Notes: generated from the sequence alone by a model not told the origin. 64,000 bases of DNA from Burkholderiales bacterium (GCA_035549715.1 DASZQJ010000150.1:3802-67801), one strand, 5' to 3'; counted from the first letter of the stretch, positions 23,798 through 35,814 are shown. Made by a program: numbers and translations.

Positions 23798-24370
23798 TTA
23801 GGGCGTTTGCGCGTAGGTCCGCCGGTCCGGATTGCGGGTGATGATCCCGCAGGCGATGCGGGCGCCGGAATTTCCGGCGGGCTGGGACTTCAGGTCGTCG
23901 GCGCCGGCGTGGACCACGAGGCTGCGGCCAACGATGCTGTCGGTGCCGGTGCCGAAGGCAACGCCGTCAATCTTCACGGTGGCCACGACATTGCCGGTGG
24001 CGTCCGCCTGGATGTTGCCCAGGTCGCCGCCATGGCGCTTGGCGCCGGAGGTGCCGCCGTGCTCGGCGCCCATGGGATTGAAGTGCCCGCCGGCACTGGA
24101 GCCATCCCGGGCCGTGCAATCGCCGATCTCGTGGATGTGGATGCCGTGGGTGGAGTTCGGCGCGAAGCCGCTCAGGCTGACGGTCACCGTGACGTCGTTG
24201 CCCGTGCGCACGAAATCCACCGCGCCGCGAACCGAATTCCCCTGGGTTGGTTCCAGGACGGCGATGGCCGAAGGATCGTCGTACCGCGTTCCGCCCTTGT
24301 TGCCCGCGCAACCGACCACCATGCCGGCGCATGCAGCGGCCAGCAGCCCGATTCCCATCCGTTTGCCCAT
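23798..24370 (-). CDS. sodC: Cu/Zn superoxide dismutase (lipoprotein)
   Basis: Lipobox VVGC; ligands HGIHIHE, GGHFNP, EHGG, RHGGDLGN, VVHAGADD; 'ARIACG'. Confidence 0.96.
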   Translation of the reverse strand: MGKRMGIGLLAAACAGMVVGCAGNKGGTRYDDPSAIAVLEPTQGNSVRGAVDFVRTGNDVTVTVSLSGFAPNSTHGIHIHEIGDCTARDGSSAGGHFNPMGAEHGGTSGAKRHGGDLGNIQADATGNVVATVKIDGVAFGTGTDSIVGRSLVVHAGADDLKSQPAGNSGARIACGIITRNPDRRTYAQTP

Positions 24371-24383
24371 GTCGTTGATCCGT

Positions 24384-24670
24384 TCAGCCGTCCTTCCCGG
24401 AGGAAGGATTGATCACGCCGCGCGCGATGCGCGCACCCGATGTGCCGGCCGGTGGCAACTCGCGGTCCTCCGGGCCGGCACGCAAGACGATGGCCTGGCC
24501 GGGATCCGATCGGGCCCGTCGTCGATGGAAATCCCTCCACCGGCGCCGGGTCGCGGACGCGGCCCTCCTCGTCGGCCTTCAGGTTACCCAAATCCCCGCC
24601 GTGGCGCATCTCCCCTGCCGGCCCGCCGTGCCGGGACGGCGGGAATCGAAGGGCGGCAGGAGGCCATCGA
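24384..24670 (-). pseudogene. Frameshifted C-terminal fragment of a second Cu/Zn SOD
   Basis: Three frames join to HGGPAGEMRHGGDLGNLKADEEG...VE / ISIDDGPDRI / GQAIVLRAGPEDRELPPAGTSGARIARGVI*, collinear with the intact sodC. Two apparent 1-nt deletions. Confidence 0.85.
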
Positions 24671-24731
24671 TTCACGTTGACGAAGCGACCTCACCGGGCT
24701 CGGCAGGGATCCCGGCGATTCCCGGTGACTG

Positions 24732-25064
24732 TCAGGTCTTCCCCGGGTCCTCTGTGCCTGCGTGGTGAGCTTCGCCCCAGGCCCGCGCCAGGGTGATGGC
24801 CTTCTCGGGACAGGCGGAGACGCAAAGCCCGCACGCGTGGCAGGCGTCGGCGTGGGTGGCAAAGGCCTGTTGCCAGCGGTGCGCGAAGCCCTTGAGCTTG
24901 CCGCGCAGCGACAGGCCTCCTCGCGCCTGCCTCGGCAGCGTGCCCATGGTGAACACGCCGTAGGGACAGACCGCCACGCATTCCTTCTTGCCTTCGCAGC
25001 GGTTGCGGTCGATGACCGGCCGGAAACGGCCGGACTCCTGCTTGCAGTCGGCGGGATCGCTCAC
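24732..25064 (-). CDS. Small ferredoxin (4Fe-4S dicluster-type)
   Basis: 'RCEGKKECVAVCP' (atypical first motif) and 'CHACGLCVSACP'; GTG start. Confidence 0.88.
   Translation of the reverse strand: MSDPADCKQESGRFRPVIDRNRCEGKKECVAVCPYGVFTMGTLPRQARGGLSLRGKLKGFAHRWQQAFATHADACHACGLCVSACPEKAITLARAWGEAHHAGTEDPGKT
24750..24768 (-). repeat. Solo copy of the CACAGAG repeat arm
   Basis: Minus strand TCACCACGCAGGCACAGAG; 1-2 mismatches to the arms at 16035-16170. Confidence 0.7.
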
Positions 25065-25070
25065 GCGCGC

Positions 25071-25076
25071 ATTATA
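25071..25076 (-). promoter_or_regulatory. -10 element (TATAAT) placed for leaderless initiation of the ferredoxin gene
   Basis: Perfect TATAAT 6 nt before the GTG at 25064; no SD. Confidence 0.55.
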
Positions 25077-25088
25077 GGCGCGCGGGGA

Positions 25089-25520
25089 TCAGGCCTGGAG
25101 CTTCGCGTCCAGCGTGATTTTCGCGTTGAAGAGCCTGGAGACCGGGCAGCCGGCCTTGGCATTGTTCGCGGCCGTCTCGAACTTCGCCTTGTCGGCGCCG
25201 GGGATCTTCGCCGTGAGATCGAGGTGCACGGCGGTGATGGCGAATCCGCCGTCCCCCTTCTCCAGGTTGACCGTGGCGGTCGTGTGGATGCTCTCCGCTT
25301 TCATGCCGGCCTCGCCAAGCTGCGCCGACAGCGCCATCGAGAAGCAGCCCGCGTGGGCCGCCGCGAGCAACTCCTCGGGATTGGTCCCGGGCCCGTTCTC
25401 GAAGCGCGTATTGAAGCCGTACTGCGAGTCCTTGAGCACGCCGCTTTCCGTCGAGACCGTGCCCTTGCCGTCCTTGAGTCCGCCCTTCCAGACGGCCGAG
25501 CCCTTCTTCCTGATCAACAT
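25089..25520 (-). CDS. osmC: OsmC peroxiredoxin
   Basis: 'GTNPEELLAAAHAGCFSMAL', 'AKAGCPVS'. Confidence 0.96.
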   Translation of the reverse strand: MLIRKKGSAVWKGGLKDGKGTVSTESGVLKDSQYGFNTRFENGPGTNPEELLAAAHAGCFSMALSAQLGEAGMKAESIHTTATVNLEKGDGGFAITAVHLDLTAKIPGADKAKFETAANNAKAGCPVSRLFNAKITLDAKLQA

Positions 25521-25595
25521 GCCTGCCTCCGTTGCCGGTGATTGTCGGGGGAAATCGCGAGTCCCGGTAGACAGGCCCCGGCCGCCTTCGTTCAG

Positions 25596-26153
25596 TCATC
25601 GCGCGGCAATCGCCGCGTCCTTCCATGCGGCCAGCTCGAGGGCCACGCTGCGCGTGTCGTCGCCGACCCAGACCTGCCCTTCCTGGACCGTGACCTGGAG
25701 CCTCATGGTCCGCTGCGCAAGCCGGGCCAGCGCCTGGCTGCCCGCATGGGGAACGCCAAGGACCGCCAGGTTGGGATTGCGCGCGAGATCGGCCGCGTTC
25801 TTCTTCCACCAGAGCTCGGCGGCCTGGCCGCCATACGCGTACACGCGGACGAGTGCAGCGCGCCCGCAGGCCCTGCGCAGCCGCCGCTCGTCCGGCAGGC
25901 CCACCTCGACCCACAGCTCGATGCCGCCGGTGAGGTCGTGCCGCCACAGGTCGGGCTCGTCCTCGTCGCTCAATCCCTTGCCGAAGGCGAGCGCGTCCCC
26001 CGCGTCCAGCGCGTAGGCCAGCAGGCGCAGCATCATGCGCTCGTCGGTCTCGGAAGGGTGGCGGGCCAGGGTCAGCGCATGGTCGCCGTAGTACGGCCGG
26101 TCCATGTCGGCGATCTGCACGTCGGCCTTGAAGATGGTCGCCTTGAGGGCCAT
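25596..26153 (-). CDS. yaeQ: YaeQ family protein
   Basis: 'MALKATIFKA', 'LARHPSETDERMM', 'DEPDLW', 'WVEVGLPD'. Confidence 0.94.
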   Translation of the reverse strand: MALKATIFKADVQIADMDRPYYGDHALTLARHPSETDERMMLRLLAYALDAGDALAFGKGLSDEDEPDLWRHDLTGGIELWVEVGLPDERRLRRACGRAALVRVYAYGGQAAELWWKKNAADLARNPNLAVLGVPHAGSQALARLAQRTMRLQVTVQEGQVWVGDDTRSVALELAAWKDAAIAAR

Positions 26154-26178
26154 GGCGCTGCGCGATGGGGCGCGCGAA

Positions 26179-27954
<1,776 letters not shown>

Positions 27955-28035
27955 CGAAGGAAGATAGCATACCCACTGCCCCGCTCCCGCTCCCTGCGGC
28001 CAGGGAAGTCGAGCGTCCTGAAGCCCTGCTGCAGC

Positions 28036-28076
28036 AGATCTCCCCCTCCCCTGGCGGGAGGGGGAGAGGTGGATCT
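28036..28076. repeat. GC-rich REP-like hairpin after patD
   Basis: CTCCCCCTCCC (28040-50), 5-nt loop, GGGAGGGGGAG (28056-66): perfect 11-bp stem with no U tract. A second small stem TCCCTG/CAGGGA lies near 27991-28006. Confidence 0.65.
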
Positions 28077-28077
28077 C

Positions 28078-29505
28078 CTACCCGTGGTTCACCATGATGT
28101 GGCGCACCACCGTGTAGTCCTCCAGCCCGTACATCGACATGTCCTTGCCGTAGCCGGACATCTTGACCCCGCCATGGGGCATCTCGTTGGCGAGCATGAA
28201 GTGCGTGTTGATCCAGGTGCAGCCGTACTCGAGGCGGGCGGCCACCTTCATGGCCCGGCCGACGTCCCGGGTCCAGACCGAGGAGGCGAGCCCGTACTCG
28301 GAGTCGTTCGCCCACTCGATCGCCTCCTCGGGATCCTGGAAGCGGGTCACGGATACCACGGGCCCGAAGACCTCCTTGCGCACGATCTCGTCGTCCTGCA
28401 GGGCGCCGGCGATGACGGTGGGCTGGTAGAAAAAGCCCTTGCCCGAGGCGACCGCGCCGCCGGCCACGGCCTCCATGTGCCGGGCGGACAGGGCCCGCTC
28501 CACGAAGCCGGCGACGCGGTTGCGCTGGGCGGCGCTGATGAGGGGGCCGATCTCGGAATCCTCGCTCTCGGGCTGGCCGAACTTGATCGACTTCACCGCC
28601 GAGGCGAGGTCCGCGACCAGCCGATCGTGGATTTTCGGCCCGGCGTAGATGCGGCAGGCCGCGGTGCAGTCCTGGCCCGCGTTGTAGTAGCCGAAGGTGC
28701 GCAGGCCGGCGACGACCGCCTCGAGGTCGGCATCGTCGAACACGATCACCGGCGCCTTGCCGCCGAGCTCGAGGTGGGTGCGCTTGACGGTGGCCTGCGC
28801 CGCCTGCACCACCTTCTGCCCGGTCGCAATGCTGCCGGTGACGGAGATCATGCGCACGCCGGCGTGGTGGATCAGCGGCGCACCGACGGTCTCGCCGCGG
28901 CCGTTGACCACGTTGACGACCCCCTTTGGCAGGATCTCCGCGAGCAGTTCCGCGAGCTTGAGCGTGGTCAGCGGGGTCATTTCCGAGGGCTTGAGGACGA
29001 TCGTGTTGCCCGCGGCGAGCGCGGGCGCCAGCTTCCACGCGGCCATCATGAGCGGGTAATTCCAGGGCGTGATCTGGGCGACGACGCCGACCGGGTCGCG
29101 GCGGATCATGCTGGTGTGGTTGGGAAGGTACTCGTCCGCCGCACTGCCGTGCAGGCAGCGCGCCGCGCCGGCGAAGTAGCGGAAGCAATCGACGATCGCG
29201 GGCATCTCGTCGGCGAGGGCGCGGGCCCTGGGCTTGCCACAGTTGAGCGACTCCAGCGCCGCGAACTCGGCTGACGCCTGTTCGATGCGGTCCGCCAGCC
29301 TGAGCAGCAGCAGGGCGCGCTCCTGGGGCGTGGTCTGGCCCCAGGACTGGAAGGCGGTCCTGGCCGCAGCGACCGCCTGGTCCACCTGGTCCGGCGAGGC
29401 CTCGCGCAGCTTCGCCAGGTTCTCCCCGGTGGCCGGGTTGACGACCTCGACCTCGGGGCCGGCGCCGCCGACGAGTTGTCCATTGATCAACAGCTTGGTT
29501 TGCAT
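28078..29505 (-). CDS. patD: Gamma-aminobutyraldehyde dehydrogenase (YdcW/PatD)
   Basis: ATG 29505 'MQTKLLING'; '[12 protein letters not shown]', 'LELGGK', 'NAGQDCTAA', '[15 protein letters not shown]'. Confidence 0.92.
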   Translation of the reverse strand: MQTKLLINGQLVGGAGPEVEVVNPATGENLAKLREASPDQVDQAVAAARTAFQSWGQTTPQERALLLLRLADRIEQASAEFAALESLNCGKPRARALADEMPAIVDCFRYFAGAARCLHGSAADEYLPNHTSMIRRDPVGVVAQITPWNYPLMMAAWKLAPALAAGNTIVLKPSEMTPLTTLKLAELLAEILPKGVVNVVNGRGETVGAPLIHHAGVRMISVTGSIATGQKVVQAAQATVKRTHLELGGKAPVIVFDDADLEAVVAGLRTFGYYNAGQDCTAACRIYAGPKIHDRLVADLASAVKSIKFGQPESEDSEIGPLISAAQRNRVAGFVERALSARHMEAVAGGAVASGKGFFYQPTVIAGALQDDEIVRKEVFGPVVSVTRFQDPEEAIEWANDSEYGLASSVWTRDVGRAMKVAARLEYGCTWINTHFMLANEMPHGGVKMSGYGKDMSMYGLEDYTVVRHIMVNHG

Positions 29506-29525
29506 GATTGCTCCTCGTGGGAAGG

Positions 29526-30347
29526 CTATTTTCCGCTGCCCGCGACCTCGTGGGTATCCCGGGTCAGGTAAAAGGCCGCCAGGATCGGGATGAACGTCAC
29601 CGCGATCACGAACACCGCCACCACGTTGGTGACGGGCCGCTGGCGGGGGCGCACCAGCTCCGTGAGCATCCAGATCGGCAGCGTGGACTGCTGGCCGGCG
29701 GTGAAGGTGGTGACAATGACCTCGTCGAACGACAGCGCGAACGCCAGCATGCCGCCCGCGAGCAGCGCCGTGGCGATGTGGGGCAGGATGACATGGCGGA
29801 AGGTCTGCCAGCCGTTGGCGCCGAGGTCCATGGAGGCCTCGATCAAGGCGGGCGAGGAACGGCGAAACCGTGCGAGCACGTTGTTGTACACGACCACGAT
29901 GCAGAACGTGGCATGGCCGATGACGATGGTCCAGAAGCTGAACGGCACGCCCGCGAGGTTGAGCGCCGAGCGCAGGCTGATGCCCGTGATGATGCCGGGC
30001 AGGGCAATCGGCAGGATCAGCAGCAGGGAGATCGCCTCGCGACCGAAGAACCGCGTGCGCCAGACCGCGGCGGCGGCCAGCGTGCCCAGGATCATCGCCA
30101 CCGCCGTGGAGACGGCCGCGACCTGGACCGACAGCGCCAGCGCCGCACGGATGTCCTCGCGCGCCCAGGCCACCGCGAACCACTTCAGCGTCAGGCCCGG
30201 CAGCGGGAACGCAAAGCTCTTCTCCTCGGTGCTGAAGGCGTACAGGACGATGAAGAACAGGGGCAGGTGCAGGAAGGCCACGGCGCCGGCCGTGGCGAGC
30301 CGGAGCGGCCAGCCGGCGCGCGCGCGCGGGGCGGCCTCAGTTCGCAT
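29526..30347 (-). CDS. ydcV: Polyamine-type ABC permease (YdcV/PotC-like)
   Basis: 'FLHLP', EAA motif '[10 protein letters not shown]', 'LSFDEVIVT', '[12 protein letters not shown]'. Start 30347 or 30374. Confidence 0.88.
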   Translation of the reverse strand: MRTEAAPRARAGWPLRLATAGAVAFLHLPLFFIVLYAFSTEEKSFAFPLPGLTLKWFAVAWAREDIRAALALSVQVAAVSTAVAMILGTLAAAAVWRTRFFGREAISLLLILPIALPGIITGISLRSALNLAGVPFSFWTIVIGHATFCIVVVYNNVLARFRRSSPALIEASMDLGANGWQTFRHVILPHIATALLAGGMLAFALSFDEVIVTTFTAGQQSTLPIWMLTELVRPRQRPVTNVVAVFVIAVTFIPILAAFYLTRDTHEVAGSGK

Positions 30348-30379
30348 CGGGGCCTGCGCAATCGATCGGGCCATGGGGG

Positions 30380-31300
30380 CTACAGCGCATCGAAGGCGCC
30401 CAGCCGGCGGGCGGCAAGCAGGTAGGCGCCCATGATCAGGATCGGCACGATCGTGAACGCGGCGGCAAGCGGGATGTTGCCTGCAGTGCCCTGCAGCTGG
30501 TAGACGGCCTGGCCGATGAACGGGCGCGAGTTGCCGATGATGCCGGGAATGATGTAGTCGCCGAGCGTGAGCGAGAAGGTGAAGATGGAGCCCGCGACGA
30601 CACCCGGAAAGGCGAGCGGCAGGATGACCCGGCGGAAGGTCTCCCGCGGCGAGGCGCCGAGGTCGGCGGAAGCTTCGACCAGGGAGCGGGGCACCCGTTC
30701 CAGCGCCGCGACGATCGGCAGGACCATGAACGGCAGCCAGATGTAGAGGAACACCAGGAAACTGCCGATGTAGGAAGTCGACAGAGACGGGCCGCCGATG
30801 ACCGGGAGGGAAAGCAGGGCGTCGAGCGCCCAGCCCAGGTGCAGCTGGCTGGCGAACCAGGTGACGATGCCTTCCTTGGCCAGGATCAGCTTCCACGCGT
30901 AGACGCGGACCAGGTAGCTCGACCAAAGCGGCAGCATGACGGCGAGGTAGAGCGCGGCCTTCATGCGCAGGCTGGCATAGCGCACCATGTAGTACGCCAG
31001 CGGGAAGGCGATGGCCGCCGCCGCGACGGTGACGGCCGCGGCCATCAGGGTCGTGCGCAGGAACACGTCTGCGTTGGCGGCGGTGAAGAGCTGGCGGAAG
31101 GTCTCGAGCGAGGGCTCGCGCACGATCGTGCCCGAGAACTCGTCGATGTAGAAAAAACTCTGCAGCAGCAGCGCCAGCAGGGAGCCCAGGTAGATGACGC
31201 CCAGCCAGAGCAGCGGCGGCGCGAGCAGCAGCGCGAGCAGCAGCCTCGGACGAACGTAGAACAGGGTGGATAGGCGCGACAGCGCCGGCGCCGGGCTCAC
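30380..31300 (-). CDS. ydcU: Polyamine-type ABC permease (YdcU/PotB-like)
   Basis: GTG at 31300 overlaps the ATPase stop; '[14 protein letters not shown]', '[10 protein letters not shown]', 'LTLGDY'. Confidence 0.88.
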   Translation of the reverse strand: MSPAPALSRLSTLFYVRPRLLLALLLAPPLLWLGVIYLGSLLALLLQSFFYIDEFSGTIVREPSLETFRQLFTAANADVFLRTTLMAAAVTVAAAAIAFPLAYYMVRYASLRMKAALYLAVMLPLWSSYLVRVYAWKLILAKEGIVTWFASQLHLGWALDALLSLPVIGGPSLSTSYIGSFLVFLYIWLPFMVLPIVAALERVPRSLVEASADLGASPRETFRRVILPLAFPGVVAGSIFTFSLTLGDYIIPGIIGNSRPFIGQAVYQLQGTAGNIPLAAAFTIVPILIMGAYLLAARRLGAFDAL

Positions 31301-32331
31301 TTCTCGTCCAGGAGGGGCTGGCACATCGCGCGCGGCCAGGTGAGCTGCACGACGTCGCCGGCGGATGCCCCCGTGCGGCCATCGCCGGCGTTCTGGCGCA
31401 TCACGTCGAGCTCGCCGCTTTCCACGGTGACGGTATAGCGGGTGGTGGCCCCGTGATACGTCACCGAACGCACCTTGCCGGGCACCCCGACCCAGCCCTC
31501 GGCGAGCGGCTCGCCGGCACGGGCCATGGCGATTTTCTCCGGGCGGATCGCGAACGGCCGCGCGTTGCCCGTGATGCGCACCGCGAGCGCATCGCGGCAC
31601 ACGTTGGAGGCGCCGACGAAGCCGGCCACGAAGGCCGTCGCCGGATGCTCGTAGATCTCGGCCGGCGCACCCAGCTGCTCGATGCGCCCGTGGTTGAAGA
31701 CCGCCAGGCGGTCGCTCATCGCAAGCGCCTCGCCCTGGTCGTGCGTGACATAAACGAAGGTGATGCCGACCTGGCGCTGCAGGGTCTTGAGCTCCTCCTG
31801 CATTTCCTCGCGCAGCTTCAGGTCCAGCGCGCCCAGCGGCTCGTCGAGCAGCAGCACCCCCGGCCGGTTGATGAGCGCGCGCGCCAGGGCCACACGCTGG
31901 CGCTGCCCGCCGGAGAGCTGGCTGGGCTTGCGGCCGCCCAGCGGGCCGAGCTTGACCAGATCCAGCATCTCCTGGGAGCGCCGCCGGCGCTCGCCGGCGG
32001 GCACCTTGCGGATCATCAGCCCGTATTCGACGTTCTCGTGGACCGTCATGTGCGGAAACAGGGCGTAATCCTGGAATACCGTGTTGACGTCGCGCTCGTA
32101 GGGCGGCACCCCCTCCACGTTCTCGCCGTGGACCACGATGCTGCCGGCATCGGGCCGCTCGAAGCCGGCGATGAGGCGCAGGCAGGTCGTCTTGCCGGAG
32201 CCGGACGGCCCGAGCATCGAGAAGAACTCGCCATCGGCGATCTCGAAGCTAACGTCATCCACGGCGCGCACGTCGCCGAAGCGGCGCGTCACCCCCTTGA
32301 AGGAAACCGCGATCCCGTTTTTCTCTCGCAT
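31297..32331 (-). CDS. ydcT: Polyamine-type ABC ATPase (YdcT/PotA-like)
   Basis: 'GPSGSGKTT', '[13 protein letters not shown]', '[11 protein letters not shown]', TOBE-like tail. Confidence 0.9.
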   Translation of the reverse strand: MREKNGIAVSFKGVTRRFGDVRAVDDVSFEIADGEFFSMLGPSGSGKTTCLRLIAGFERPDAGSIVVHGENVEGVPPYERDVNTVFQDYALFPHMTVHENVEYGLMIRKVPAGERRRRSQEMLDLVKLGPLGGRKPSQLSGGQRQRVALARALINRPGVLLLDEPLGALDLKLREEMQEELKTLQRQVGITFVYVTHDQGEALAMSDRLAVFNHGRIEQLGAPAEIYEHPATAFVAGFVGASNVCRDALAVRITGNARPFAIRPEKIAMARAGEPLAEGWVGVPGKVRSVTYHGATTRYTVTVESGELDVMRQNAGDGRTGASAGDVVQLTWPRAMCQPLLDEK

Positions 32332-32406
32332 GACGACACGATGCCACACGTGAAACGGGCCGCACAGCGCGGCCCGAAGGTGGGTGGTCGGTCCCGGCCC
32401 GGCGCG

Positions 32407-33573
32407 CTAGCGGCCGCCCAGGACGGCGATGTAGTCGGTCACCCAGCGGTAGTAGGGCACGCAGGTGCGCCCGCCGCTGCATTTGGCGACCGGGGTGCGC
32501 CAGAACCAGATGCGGTCGAACTCCTTGATGCCGTTGGTCTCGCAACCCTTGTCGCCCAGCAGCGCATTGCCCTTGCAGGCCTCCGGCACCACCGGCACGG
32601 AACCGAACCAGGCGGCGAGGTCGCCCTGGAGCTTCTTGTTGACCGAGTGCTCCATCCACATGTAAGCGCAATTCGGATGCCGTGCGTCGACATGCATCAT
32701 CGTGGTGTCGGCCCAGCCGGTGGCGCCTTCCTTCGGCACCACGCTCGCGATGGGCTTCTTCTCGCCGCGGAGCAGGTTGACCTGGAAGCCCCAGGAGGAG
32801 GACGCGACCACGCCCTCGTTCTTGAAGTCGTCGATCTGCACCATGGCATCGTGCCAGTAGCGCGACACGAGCTTGCGCTGCTCGCGCAGCAGCGCAAGCG
32901 CCGCCTTGTACTGCGCCTCGTCGAGCTCGTAGGGGTTCTTGATGCCCAGCTCGGGCTTCGCGTGCATCAGGTAGAGGGCCGCGTCCGCAATGTAGATCGG
33001 GCCGTCGAAGGCCTGCACCCGGCCCTTGTTCGACTTGCCGTCGCCGAGCTTCATTTCCTTGAACACCACCTCCCAGCTGGCGGGCGGCGTCTTGAAGACG
33101 TTGGTGTTGTAGGCGAGCACGTTGTATCCCCACTGGTAGGGCACGCCGTAATGCCTGCCGTCGACGAAATGCCAGGGCGCCTTCTGCAGGCGCGGGTCGA
33201 TGCTCTTGTAGCTGGGGATGAGCCCGACGTTCACTTCCTGGACGCGCTTGCCGGCGACCAGGCGCATGCTGGCGTCGCCGGAGGCGGTCACCAGGTCGAA
33301 ACCACCCTCGTTCATGAGCGCGACCATTTCGTCGGAAGTGCCCGCCGTCTTGACGTTGACCTTGCAGCCCGTCTTTTTCTCGAAGTCGGTGACCCAGTCG
33401 AAGCTCTTGTCCGTCTCGCCCCGCTCGATGTAGCCCGGCCAGGCCACGATGTCGACGGCACCCTCGCCCTTGCCGACCTTGTCTTTCTTTGCGAAGGCTG
33501 GCGCGGCGCACAGGGCAGCGGCCAGGATGGCCGCCAGCAGGCGGCCGGTCAGTTCAAGTCCGCGGTACGGCAT
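32407..33573 (-). CDS. ydcS: ABC substrate-binding protein (YdcS-like)
   Basis: Signal peptide; 'GEGAVDIVAWPGYIERG', 'DWVTDFEKKTGCKV', 'GATGWADT', 'FWRTP'. Confidence 0.88.
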   Translation of the reverse strand: MPYRGLELTGRLLAAILAAALCAAPAFAKKDKVGKGEGAVDIVAWPGYIERGETDKSFDWVTDFEKKTGCKVNVKTAGTSDEMVALMNEGGFDLVTASGDASMRLVAGKRVQEVNVGLIPSYKSIDPRLQKAPWHFVDGRHYGVPYQWGYNVLAYNTNVFKTPPASWEVVFKEMKLGDGKSNKGRVQAFDGPIYIADAALYLMHAKPELGIKNPYELDEAQYKAALALLREQRKLVSRYWHDAMVQIDDFKNEGVVASSSWGFQVNLLRGEKKPIASVVPKEGATGWADTTMMHVDARHPNCAYMWMEHSVNKKLQGDLAAWFGSVPVVPEACKGNALLGDKGCETNGIKEFDRIWFWRTPVAKCSGGRTCVPYYRWVTDYIAVLGGR

Positions 33574-33628
33574 GAGGGTCTCCTCGTTGAGTGGAATCGC
33601 GGGCAGAAAGCCCGGATATGCTGCAGCC

Positions 33629-33657
33629 AGCCTACGCCCGGGCGAAGTATCCCGCAA
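33629..33657 (-). promoter_or_regulatory. Putative sigma70 promoter of the ydcSTUV-patD operon
   Basis: TTGCGG-17 nt-TAGGCT on the minus strand, about 55 nt before the ATG with GAGGAG SD. Confidence 0.5.
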
Positions 33658-33695
33658 GCGCCTGTCATAAATCGAAACAGGGACGGGGCGGCGGC

Positions 33696-35678
33696 TCAGG
33701 AGCCGAAGCGATACTCGGCCCGCAGGAGGAACGATTGCTGCGCTTCCGGATACGCGGAGTAGGACGTACCCGGCCCGTTCACGATTCCATAGCTGAAGTA
33801 CTCCTCGCCGAACGCGTTGTTGAGTTCGGCGCTGAACAACCAGTGCCGATAGCTGCGGGAGGCCTTGAGGTCGACGAGCGTGTAGGCCGGCATTTTCTCC
33901 GGAAAGGCGTTGTTCTGGTCGTTGTCGAAACGCTGCCCGCCGACGTAGCGCACCGCGCCGGTGAGGTTCCAGGCGTCCGCCGGTTGCCACGACAGCACCA
34001 GCGAGGCGAGCTTGTCCGGCACGAGCGGAACGTCCTTGCCGCTGACATCGACGCCGCCGAAGGTTCCTGCGCGGAACTGCGCCCGCCGCCACTCGAGGCG
34101 TCCCAGCAACCTCAGGCTGGGAAGGAGCGGGAGCTGCCCTTCCAGTTCCAGTCCCTCATGGCGCGTGGGCGGCAGGTTCACGTTCGAACCGAACAGGCCG
34201 AAGGGGCCGCCGGTGATGAACATGAAGTGGATCTCGTCCGAGACGCTCATGCGATAGGCGGACAACTTCAGGCGCCGGCCGTCGGAATCGTATTCGATGC
34301 CGGCTTCGCGGTCGCGCGACGTTTGCGGCGCGAGCGGAACCGCCTGCCCGCGGTTCTCGTCCACCGTGGCAAGGCGAAAGCTGCCACCGGCCTTCAGGGA
34401 CAGGTTCCAGCCGGAGCCGATGCCCTGGCGCAGCGCCACCTCGTACGCTTTGGGCTGCACCGTCTGGGCGGTGGTGCCGGCCGGCGTGAAGGTGTCCCGC
34501 GACTGGATCTCCGTACGGCTGCGCTGGCTGCGTGCGCCGATCGTGATGGCGGTGCGCTCGCTCACGTTGAGGGTGTTCTGCGCGTAGACCGCCGACGTCT
34601 CCTGGATCGACGTGGTATCCGCATCGAAGCCGGGAAACACGGTGAGGGAATCGTAGTCCCAGCCCTCCCAGTCCACGCCGAAGACCAGTGAATTCTTCAT
34701 GCCCCAGAGGGTGTTCGCGATCCTCGCGCGGGGCGACACCAGCGTCGAGCGATTGTGGTAGTTGCTTTGGCCCCCGCCGACCGAACCGTGGCCCTCGCTT
34801 TCCCGATGGGACGCATCCGCGGTCAGTTCGACGATGCCGAAGGCGCGTGTCCATGCTGCCGAAACGTATTCCGTGTCGAGGGAAGCGAAGTCGTCCGGGA
34901 AAACGGTGGCCCGCCGATCGATGGCGATCTGCGAGCGGCTCAGCGCGCCGGGAAGGCGGGTATCCTGCGCGTCCTTGCCGAACCCGAGGGTGAACCGGCC
35001 GGCCGCCCCGTTCAGCGTGACGCTTGCGTCGATCGTGTCCTGGCGATCGGCGCCGTTGTCGCGGTAGCCCTCCGTATCGAAGCGCCGCGCCGCCAGCCCG
35101 AGGCCGACCGATTCCCCCGCGACCTGGAGGCCCGCCTGCGCGGACCAGGCGTCATAGCTGCCCGCGCCCGCCTGCAGGTAGCCGGACCGTTCCCCCGGCG
35201 TCGGGACGCGCGTGATGATGTTGATGGTTCCGCCGGTCGCCCCCCCGCCGTAGAGGACGGCTCCCCCGCCGCGCAGGATCTCGATGCGTTCCACCGAGGA
35301 CAGGGGCACCGCGGCAAGATTGGCGGGTTGCAGGTCGATCTCGCTGATCTTGCGCCCGTTGACCAGCACCAGCGTGTTCTGGTCGCCGCTCACGCCGAAA
35401 CCGCGCAGGTCCAGTTGCGGATTCGAACGGCCGTTGTCGCGCGCATGGAGCCCGCCGATCGTGATCAGCACATCCTGGATCGTCTGCGCGTTGCTGGCCT
35501 CGATCTGCGGCCGCGTGATGACCTGCGTTCCCAGGGGGTGTCCGGACTGCGGCTCTTCGAACCGGGTCGCCGTCACCACCACCTCCGGTGCGACGAGATC
35601 CTTGTCCTTGGTGTCCTGCGCCTGCGAGGGCAAGGCGATGGCGAAGCCGGCGAGGACCGCCGGCAGTAGGCACTTCAT
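33696..35678 (-). CDS. btuB: TonB-dependent receptor, probably cobalamin (BtuB-like)
   Basis: ATG 35678, signal peptide, TonB box 'EVVVTATR', plug 'VERIEILRGGGAVLYG', C-terminal aromatic 'EYRF'; under a B12 riboswitch. Confidence 0.8.
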   Translation of the reverse strand: MKCLLPAVLAGFAIALPSQAQDTKDKDLVAPEVVVTATRFEEPQSGHPLGTQVITRPQIEASNAQTIQDVLITIGGLHARDNGRSNPQLDLRGFGVSGDQNTLVLVNGRKISEIDLQPANLAAVPLSSVERIEILRGGGAVLYGGGATGGTINIITRVPTPGERSGYLQAGAGSYDAWSAQAGLQVAGESVGLGLAARRFDTEGYRDNGADRQDTIDASVTLNGAAGRFTLGFGKDAQDTRLPGALSRSQIAIDRRATVFPDDFASLDTEYVSAAWTRAFGIVELTADASHRESEGHGSVGGGQSNYHNRSTLVSPRARIANTLWGMKNSLVFGVDWEGWDYDSLTVFPGFDADTTSIQETSAVYAQNTLNVSERTAITIGARSQRSRTEIQSRDTFTPAGTTAQTVQPKAYEVALRQGIGSGWNLSLKAGGSFRLATVDENRGQAVPLAPQTSRDREAGIEYDSDGRRLKLSAYRMSVSDEIHFMFITGGPFGLFGSNVNLPPTRHEGLELEGQLPLLPSLRLLGRLEWRRAQFRAGTFGGVDVSGKDVPLVPDKLASLVLSWQPADAWNLTGAVRYVGGQRFDNDQNNAFPEKMPAYTLVDLKASRSYRHWLFSAELNNAFGEEYFSYGIVNGPGTSYSAYPEAQQSFLLRAEYRFGS

Positions 35679-35814
35679 TCTTATTCTCCCTTCGATGCAC
35701 GCCCGCCGCGTGCCTGGTTGCTCAAGGGGAGTCGGCGCGCGGGAAAGGGATTCGGAAGGGCCGCGCAAGGCGGATCCGGAAACCGCCCCGCGCGGAAACT
35801 CCAGTTCGCGTTCC

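Noticed and set aside
29526-31382. 618-aa ORF suggesting a fused permease
   Set aside because: Only the last ~270 codons are YdcV-like; the upstream part is an off-frame reading of ydcU.
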